A DNA stretch of 57,230 bases, counting the filler, from Sphacelaria rigidula (Eukaryota), in NCBI GenBank assembly GCA_964200075.2. It is 7 parts of 7 records of this genome, joined end to end, with 100 filler letters (N's around TTAATTAATTAA, not from the genome) between each part and the next. Parts side by side here need not be neighbours in the genome. Positions count along the whole stretch, not along the records: positions 49,142 to 57,230 come from CAXNAA020012344.1; 6 more parts are not named here. The stretch is one strand, 5' to 3'. Position 1 is the first letter of the stretch, and every line of letters starts with the position of its first letter. Of the stretch, positions 49,566-57,230 are shown one piece after another. The notes beneath the pieces are model-generated. The model saw only the letters and a program-made list of their open reading frames with translations. It was not told the origin of the DNA and made no database searches. A program made the position numbers and the translations under genes.

Positions 49566-49891
49566 ATGAAACGGGTCGTCACCGAGGGTGAAATTGTCCG
49601 ATATATCATGAGCATGGAGCGCGACTTTTCGCAAGAACTAGCGGCGGATTTCGGGTTCGACGATGTGAGTGCTAGTGGTAGCGGGCCAAGAAGCGCAACC
49701 GGGGGGCAGCAGCAGGAGGCGCCTGTGGTGGCGGACACGGCCGGATTTTCATGTGGGCCTAGCGGCAACCGTGACTATTTCGAAGCGCTTCCAGCGCGGG
49801 AGGACGTCCACCCGCGATCAAAGAGTGTGGCTCTACGATACCTGCGGCAGGCCGCGCCGTATGTACGACGCCTTCAGTCGGTAGTTGACAG
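49566..49891 (+). CDS. internal exon, probably the C-terminal region of a brown-algal Zn(II)2Cys6-type protein family
   Basis: ttcccag|ATG AAA CGG...GAC AG|gtgcgt; phase 0-2; motifs TEGEIVRYIM and LQSVVDR resemble that family from memory. The Zn cluster itself is not in the window. Confidence 0.65.
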
Positions 49892-51159
49892 GTGCGTGTG
49901 TTTCGGTGTTATCGATGTGCCAGAGTATCGCTTCCCACGCGTCCCGTCACGGTATTGTTCGGTTGATTGTCGCACTTGAACGGATCTGTCAAGCAGTCAG
50001 CCGTAGTTCCAAAGATGAACGCATCCAAGGTGAATAAACTGATACTCTGCTTTGAGAAAACTGGGGGGAAATGAAACGAGAAAAAGGAAACTACTGCATG
50101 AAGTGACGTAGACGTCAGGCTCAAAACGGGGAACGAGTCCACCGAATTCCCGCGACGTCATCTCACGCATCTCTTGATTTGGACTTTGCACGATCGCACC
50201 CATCTCCTCTGCGAGGGTATCTACCCCTACGTTTCCCACCAACATCTTGAACAGCTGTCCACGAACCACTTGTGCTTGTACCATGCGTACACTCAGGTTC
50301 GGGTACGCACCGTCGAGCGTTATTTGTACGATCAGAAAGTCGGGATGGTTACCTTGTACCCCACAGGTGTCGTGCACGTCCTGGATCCAAATCTTTGCCA
50401 GAACCACAGTTTGTGCTGCTCCAGCTGCCATGCGGTAAGTATCGCCGTGTCTTACCGCGTCTCTTCACTCTCATGAACTCTTTCCGATGGCGTAGCCGCT
50501 CCAACGTTACTTGTTGCGGCTCTCCTACCGCTATCTCCCAAGACGAGGAGTGACAAAAGAGAAAAAATGGGCAAGAGTCACGCAACGGAACGGGAGTTAC
50601 GGGACAAAGCGGAAACGCAACCATTGACAAAACAAAACGTTAGTTTCAAATCTCCCGTGATTTCCCCAGCCCCTTCCCCTACTTCCTTCATACCCACTCG
50701 GCCGGTCGCGTTCCTATTGGATCCATCGCCGGCTATTGGTGCTGTTTCCGTTTCATCGGTGGCGGTTCTCTTTGTGGTGGCTGCCATCGCAGCAACCTTT
50801 CGAAAGCGATGGTGGTCAGATTGGCCGAGGTATTCGCGCGACTATGTCCCCTCGAATGCTCCGCCCAACTCTCGACCCGTGGGTGACCTTTGCTCACGTT
50901 CGCAGCGGCTGTGACCCACTTCGTTGAGTTTTTGACCAAGATGTTGTAAAACGTATCGCTTCATTTCGTCCCCCCCACATGGTAGTCAAACGACTAAGGC
51001 AAGCAACAAATGAGTACGCCCCCCCCTACACGGAATGCTCCGTCTCGAAAAGGATGCGCAGTCAATGGTCAAATGACTAAGGCGAACAAAAAATGAGTAC
51101 GCCCCCCCACATGTGGAATACTCCCCAGAGTATGTAGAGGTTTGAGGCGCCCCCCGCAG

Positions 51160-54100
51160 TGCTGGGGGAGCCGGCGAGTTTCCTCGGATCCATGCGCAGC
51201 CAGCTGATCAAATGTGATTCGTTTCGGGAGACGTGTTTCCTGGTGCCGGACAAGGATCCCCGCGAGCCAGAGTCGCGCTTGGGGACGTTAGTCTCCATAC
51301 CTTTGTATTTGGCCGTTCAAACGGCAGTTCTGCATGAGAGTCATGTGCATCCAATGTGGTCAGCCCTGCGGAAGCTGCTTGCTCGTTCTAAGATCTTCTG
51401 GTGGGCTGTGCACAGACTCGCGAGGTCGCCTGGCCACAGTATCCCTGCAGCATATATGTACAAAGGAGCTTCCATCTGCTCCGCCTGGTGCGTTGGTATC
51501 TTGCCGTATTGCCGAGCAATGGGGTGGTCCTGGGGTTTGGATCTACAGTTCCTGGGCTGCACCTATACAGCGGTGATGTGGCACGTAATTCCTGACGGAA
51601 TATCTCCATCTTCGCTTATTGCACCAGTGAACACAAACTCGACCATTCGTTCTTTCCGTTAGTCCGCCGCCTTAGTGTGCAGCGTAGTTGCTGGAGAAAT
51701 GGGAACTGAATGAAGATGCATGGCTTATTTCCTATGTAGAACTGTCAGTCCGGACTCCCCGTACAACACAATGATTACAGCTGTCATCCTCGCGAGCCCG
51801 CCCGGAAACTACCCCTGAGTCATCCGCGTTCGGCGTTCTCCGCATCGCGCGTCACGTCCTATTATTCAGCCGCATTTGCTTTGGAGTCACGATGCTGAGC
51901 CTTTGAAGTATCATTGAGATAAATCGAGGCTGAGACTGTTGGTGGATCTACTGCAAAACGCGAAAACCCCACCCTAGTCACCACTGCGGAGTACAGACTG
52001 AGCCAGGAGTGTAATGTAAAAGCCGTGGGCACGCAAAAGCTTCTTCAGTTTCCCGAATCAGCCCGATGTGAGCATTTCGCGGTGATCTGCGGACCAACCT
52101 GGTTATGCAACGCTTCGCAGCTGATCGATTGGATTACGGTGATGGCGTGATTATACTACATTGAGTACCGCGTGCGTCTCATTTCGTGGCGTGAAAGCGT
52201 GTCCCGAGAGTTTTTTTAATATGAAACTCGGTGAAATTAGGTGTGACAACTTTGACACAGTCAAGAGTGCACTGGGGATAGCTGCGAGACGGCATCAAGT
52301 TCGTCAGCAGCTCTGTCATAGGAACGGACCTCCGAGCCGATTGTCACATACAACGGGCACGGGCACAAGTATCGAACTGGGACTGGGCTGCAACGCTTTT
52401 CCTCGATCCAATGCCCGATGGTGATCGTTTTTTCCCACAGTTGGAAATAAAAAAACGCGCTGACGGTGATTTTTTACGACTGAGCGTCCAGGGCAGCGGG
52501 AACGTGTTCCAAAGTAAAGACCTCGGAAAATAGTCCAACCCACGCAGAGGCGAGAAAGACCAGTTTCGCGCATTTGGGGGACAAAAGCTCAAGCGAAAGT
52601 ACCGAAACCGCCGTTTTCAAGTGAGGTGAAGATGTTTTGTGTACCAAATGATCTCATCAGTGAAAACCAAATTGTGCCACAAAAACAAATCATGTCGAGA
52701 TTCCAACTTGTGACCTCCGTAACTGACGTCTCCTGTATCAGTTAGACCGCCGGGGCCCCGCGGTGTCACACAAAACGTGCCACGCGCGGCTCAAATTTGT
52801 GAATGTTTTAGCCGAAAATGTACAAGCATCTTCTGCACGCAAGAAGACATGGCGATTGGGGATACCACCGTTTTTATTTAATTTCCAATGAGTTTTGACA
52901 CTTTCTAGTTTTTGCTGAAATTTCAAATCGCTCCAACTTGTTATTTGGCATCTCGAGAAAGGTTTTGTGTAATGACAATAAAATATTTGTGTCGAAGTTT
53001 CAGCGCCTCACTCTTCAAATCAAGCCGCGCATCACCGACCAACCGGAAAAAAAAAAAAAATGGCGGGCCTAGCTGGTAGACGTCGAACGACAGCGGGGAC
53101 GAAACACATCCCTCTGTTACACCTGGGAGATTTCGAACCACTTTGGTACTGGTTCATCATTCTGTTGTACCCCGGCTCGCATGCCGCCGTTCGTGTGTTC
53201 ATCCGCAGTGGAGCTTCTAAGCGATCACGTACCTTCCATAAGAGCGTGTGGTCGACGGAGTTCTGGGCCCTCTGCCGATCGATGCAACACGCTACCAGTG
53301 TAACTCACCCATCTCTAACTCCTGTAGTCGGCATATGACTAATATTGTTTGAGTAGTCGATTGCTGGCGCCGAAATACGCACTGTTCAGCCGGAAGCATC
53401 CCTGCCTCCTCGCACAAGTCCCCGAGCCTGTTGGCTACGTTTTTAAGGAAACCTTCAGCAGGGCCACGAAATGGAGACTCCTGTAGTTGCAGCAGTCGGT
53501 GCTGTCCTCCTTCTGTTGTAGTAATTTGATGCGGCATCCTCTTTTATGTGGCGTCTTTCCATTTCCGTGGCACCCTGTTCCACGTCCAAATACGAGCGGT
53601 GATGCTGTGCAAGTATCTTCGAAGGCTTCCCGTACGTCCAAGCTTCAGGGGTTGAGCGGGGAACGCATCCGGGACAATGAGTTCGCTCCCATAGCTCTCT
53701 GTTCTTCCGTTCCATAAATGCTTGGCCGCACACGCGAAATACTTTCGTTAGTGGTATGCTGCTCTTGATGACGGTCCGTTGGTATTAGCCGGATTTTTCT
53801 TCTGTGCAGTGAAATGTGTCATTTTGATCTGTCATGGATGTGGTCGATATACCACAACAGCTTCTCCGACTCGTCCTCCACGTGCTGCTCGGTCCGTAAC
53901 TTTTTCCGTTCTAGCCTTCGCCCTTCACTTGGATATCCTTACCAGACTCTCAGGCCCCCAATTCAAACGAGTTGCTCTACACGTATACCCGTCCAACCTG
54001 GCATGGATCACCTCCTTTATCTCCTGCACGTTTTTTATTTGTTGCGCCAGGCGGGACCATCTCTCGACCCTATGCGTATCGCCGTCATCGCCCTTCCCTC

Positions 54101-54520
54101 TCTCTTCTGCTTCTCTTCGCAGTCGGCTCAGACTGCAGCTTTATTTATCCATCCCTGAATCATCACGGGACTCTCGGCTTGAACAAGGCACCACCAGCTT
54201 TGCAAAGCTCAAGAGACGGTCGCTTTGTTGTGTCTAGTTTGGTCTCCGTGAGCTCGCTGACGGCAAGCCGTATGCGCCGCTCACGTTTATTGGTTTCCAA
54301 CGTGAGTGCTTGTCTGTCCATGCGCCTGCGTCCGATGACAGCTAATTGTTATCCGTTGTGTGCAAACTTGCTAAGGAGTCGCACCGTGGCGTACACGACG
54401 CTGTGATCTGAATGTGGTCAGTTTTACGGTTGCAGTTGGGCATTGAATTTTGGAGCAAGCCGGAAGTGGGGTTGTCGATTTGCTTTTTCAATTGATATCT
54501 CGTCCGCGGGACGACACGCA
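51160..54520 (-). mobile_element. decayed LINE (APE endonuclease C-terminus and RT), interrupted at 51994-53075
   Basis: SDH motif (~54400), K.D...C.NYR, VANRLGD.CEEAG.LP.EQC.FR, ID...A..SVD, GCV.SPL.F, NADD for YADD (~51820-51831), GLARM, EF....AISEDG, ET.V.KR. Confidence 0.9.
51994..53075. mobile_element. 1082-bp DNA element with CAG...CTG ends and 3-bp TSD (possibly Academ-like)
   Basis: GTA|CAGACTGAGCC...GGCCTAGCTG|GTA; excision restores the LINE RT frame FDVY-SAVV. Confidence 0.75.
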
Positions 54521-54963
54521 TTCCCGGTGAACGAATGCAACTTTACATTTTCAAGGTGGCCCAACAGGCGTTGAGCACAACAAGGGCCGTTGTCACTTTC
54601 AAGTCGAAGGAACGCCGCGCCCTTGCCGTTGGTGACCCTGGCGTTACTCGCGTGTGGCCCGACTATTCCGAGGTCCTCCTGTCCTCCTTGTAGATATGTC
54701 CTAGTTCACGTCTATCACAACAGGTTGTCATTGTTGGGAAGTCGTAATGGGGCACAGATGAATCCAGAAGAAGCCCTCTTTTGGTCTTGATTCGAATGTG
54801 TCCGCTGGAGTATAGGTGACTGTCAACGTGACAGAGAGGGCCATGGACACAGAGATCCCTGATGAACGCCTAACTCCAGCTAGCCTCGCGGACTATCGGC
54901 TCTTCTACAGTCACCCCATCCCCACTTTGTCCAGACCTTCGCCCAGTCTCTTCCGCCCCGCAG

Positions 54964-55002
54964 CCACAGATGTGGTTTCCTGCAGCAAAGAAATTCTATC
55001 TG
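54964..55002 (+). CDS. candidate 39-nt micro-exon between 49891 and 56498
   Basis: Strong polypyrimidine acceptor ...cttccgccccgcag| and donor |gtatgc; phase 2-2 and open, but the peptide is not recognisable. Confidence 0.3.
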
Positions 55003-56497
55003 GTATGCGCCTTCTGACAACCCGCTGACGCTATATTCTATCGCTTTGCACATCTTCGAAACCACCCTGGCATACTCAGCGCCATTTAGTCCTGCGAGGG
55101 ATAGTGCTCGAATCTTGCAGGTCGCTGATGTATGCCCCCGACGCGATACCTTGCTTCACACACACCCTTCATTACCTTCCCCCCCGTGTCTGATCGTACC
55201 CTTCTCATCATTTTCGCACAGACACATTTTTTATTATGGTACTGTCTGGGTAATTCTCGCAGTTTGATCTGGCGAGAACAGTCAGCCGTTCGAAGCCGCA
55301 TCGTCCGCTACCCCCAGTTGGCCGAACCATGTACTTACACATACACCATCTGCATCGGCGTGTTTCCCGCGACTGTCCTCACTGTAGATGATCATCGCAG
55401 CGAGGTCAAGCTCATAGAGCGCATCATATGGTGGAACTCCACAACTGTAGGATTGTGCTTGTAGCTCGCCTCTCTCGATCAAGCCCACAGGCTAGCCTCT
55501 CGATTGTACTAACGACCGATACAATCCACGAACTGCCATGTTGGCAATCTCATTCTTCCTCACGTGTGTGGTTGAATCGTTGTTTTAGCGGCCAGGTTTA
55601 GCTTCCCTGACACACTAATCCCTAGCCGGACGGCGATCGGGGTTCGAAGGAGTTGCGCAAGCTATATTTCCACATTGCGGTTCGCCCAACGTGAATAGAG
55701 CACCGCGTGTACAATTCGCCTCCAGCAAACAGGTAGGCAACTGGAACAAACCATCGAATCGAAGTTTCATCGACAAATCTTGATTCATACTCTACTTCCA
55801 TCGTCGTTCTTGTCGTTTGTCGGTATGTGCATACGGCTGAAAACACGGGAATTCGTTCATTTAACAGCCCACAGATTTGCCATGGCGTGGCTGGAATAGT
55901 CATCAACCGGTGAGCCACTAGTGATTTCCTACGGATTTGCGTCCTCAGTGATGTTGTAGGCGGTACACCCCTCCCGTACAACGTAGGGTTACCAATCATA
56001 AGGGGGGTACGACACTCGTGTTCGGTCGAACTTGTTCAAGCGTGTTTCTTGACTTCATTTGTTTGGGGTCGGTTTCATTGTGAAGTAGCCTCAATAACAT
56101 CCGCTGGCGTCTAACACTGGTAATGTCTGGGTCGAGTAGCCGAGAGATACTTGGTTGGACCGAACAGAGTGTTGTGTGCTCGATCCCCCAACATGAACAT
56201 AATCGTGCTTAAGGGTCGCTACTGTTCACAACGGAGGGCAACTGCACATCCCTTGAACCGATCGTACGTACCTTCCCTGACGATAGCTTGCAGCGTCGGG
56301 ACGGAGTACCCACGTCAATTTCGTCGCTTGTTGCGGTCTCCATGTTACCTGTCATGTCATCTTCCATGGGGGCCCGTGTGGTCGGGTTCAACGGTGGTGT
56401 CCGGTCGTTCTGCCGGTCATTGTGATATACGGCGGCCTGATCTATTTCACCCCAACGCTTGACGCATCCGTATCGTATACTTTCCCCTCGTACCCAG

Positions 56498-56608
56498 GGC
56501 CCTCGCCATGGTGCACGCCATCGACAATGACAAGGAGCGGTGCTTCGAGTGCGTCAGGAAATGTGTCGACACCCTCGATCGCTACCCGGGCCTCTGCCGT
56601 ACTGTGGG
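56498..56608 (+). CDS. internal exon (ALAMVHAIDNDKERCFECVRKCVDTLDRYPGLCRTVG), same gene as 49566-49891
   Basis: tttcccctcgtacccag|G...GG|gtgagt; 111 nt, phase 2-2; CV...RYPG.CR motif. Confidence 0.75.
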
Positions 56609-57230
56609 GTGAGTTCCCGCAATTACCATTTTATCTGTTATGCTCTTAGTGAAGGGTAAAGACTTCGCGGCCTATGCAGGTGGCGCAAGTACAAGGTTGG
56701 GTTATCCACGGTGCTCCAGAACGCTGATCCAATCTGTTTTCCCCAAGGTTTGACCAGCGCTCGTTTGTGAATCACTTGATGACGATACGAAAAGTCCTCC
56801 AATATTACTGTCCGAGGGTTGACCGAAGTCGGACCTTCCCCCCCCCCCCCGAGGTCAATGGTCTGATGACTATGGCATGCATGATCATATGAGTACCCCC
56901 ACCCCCCTCCCTCTCGAGGCAGCGTATAAGTCTCGGATGTCTCTGGAAGTGGCAATACCAGAAGATCAAGCAAATCATTGGAGGCTGTCATCGAAATGCA
57001 AGATGATGAATGCGCCTCGGGCCGAATAATCTTAGCAGGATATAGATCACTCTTCATGCGACTCGCCGAGCTCGGTGATTGATTTCGACCCTGGTACGGT
57101 GAAAACCCGGCGTGCCCCGCCCCGGCTTTGTAGGGATTCGAGGTCAATGGTCACATGACTATGGCATGCAAGATCATGAGTACAACACACAAAAAACAAA
57201 CACACCCAAACGCAAACACAAACAAAAACA

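Noticed and set aside
49997..50431. Apparent similarity of this ORF to ORF 27701-28018 (VV.GQ, (M/L)AE.M)
   Set aside because: The second ORF is a DUF445 exon plus intron. The similarity extends into intronic sequence and misses GWQGIVP, so it is likely coincidental.
51159..51662. 167-aa plus-strand ORF
   Set aside because: Antisense shadow of the LINE RT C-terminus.

Overview
Eukaryotic, repeat-rich DNA, most likely from a brown alga (inferred from multi-exon GT-AG genes, TTAGGG repeats, and LINE/LTR protein signatures resembling Ectocarpus-type elements as I recall them). The window is not one locus. It is seven contigs of 8091, 8091, 8090, 8090, 8090, 8089 and 8089 bp, sorted by length and joined by artificial 100-nt spacers (44N-TTAATTAATTAA-44N), so adjacency across gaps means nothing. 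Retroelements: a decayed Ty1/copia, two copies of a chromodomain Ty3/gypsy family, a gag zinc-knuckle remnant and a decayed LINE. DNA elements: many MITEs (TA, TTAA, 3-bp and 6-bp TSD types) and a probable head-to-tail Helitron-like array containing hairpin modules. Fragments of four host genes: a DUF445-type membrane protein with a GC-AG intron, a coiled-coil orphan, a probable brown-algal Zn2Cys6-family protein and an unidentified Pro-rich gene. The most interesting items are the Helitron-like array, whose junction blocks are nearly identical while the interiors are diverged, and a 249-bp element with 6-bp direct repeats that sits in sense and in frame within two unrelated retrotransposon pol genes. 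All family assignments come from visual motif recognition, not database searches. No CRISPR array, rRNA or intact tRNA was seen.
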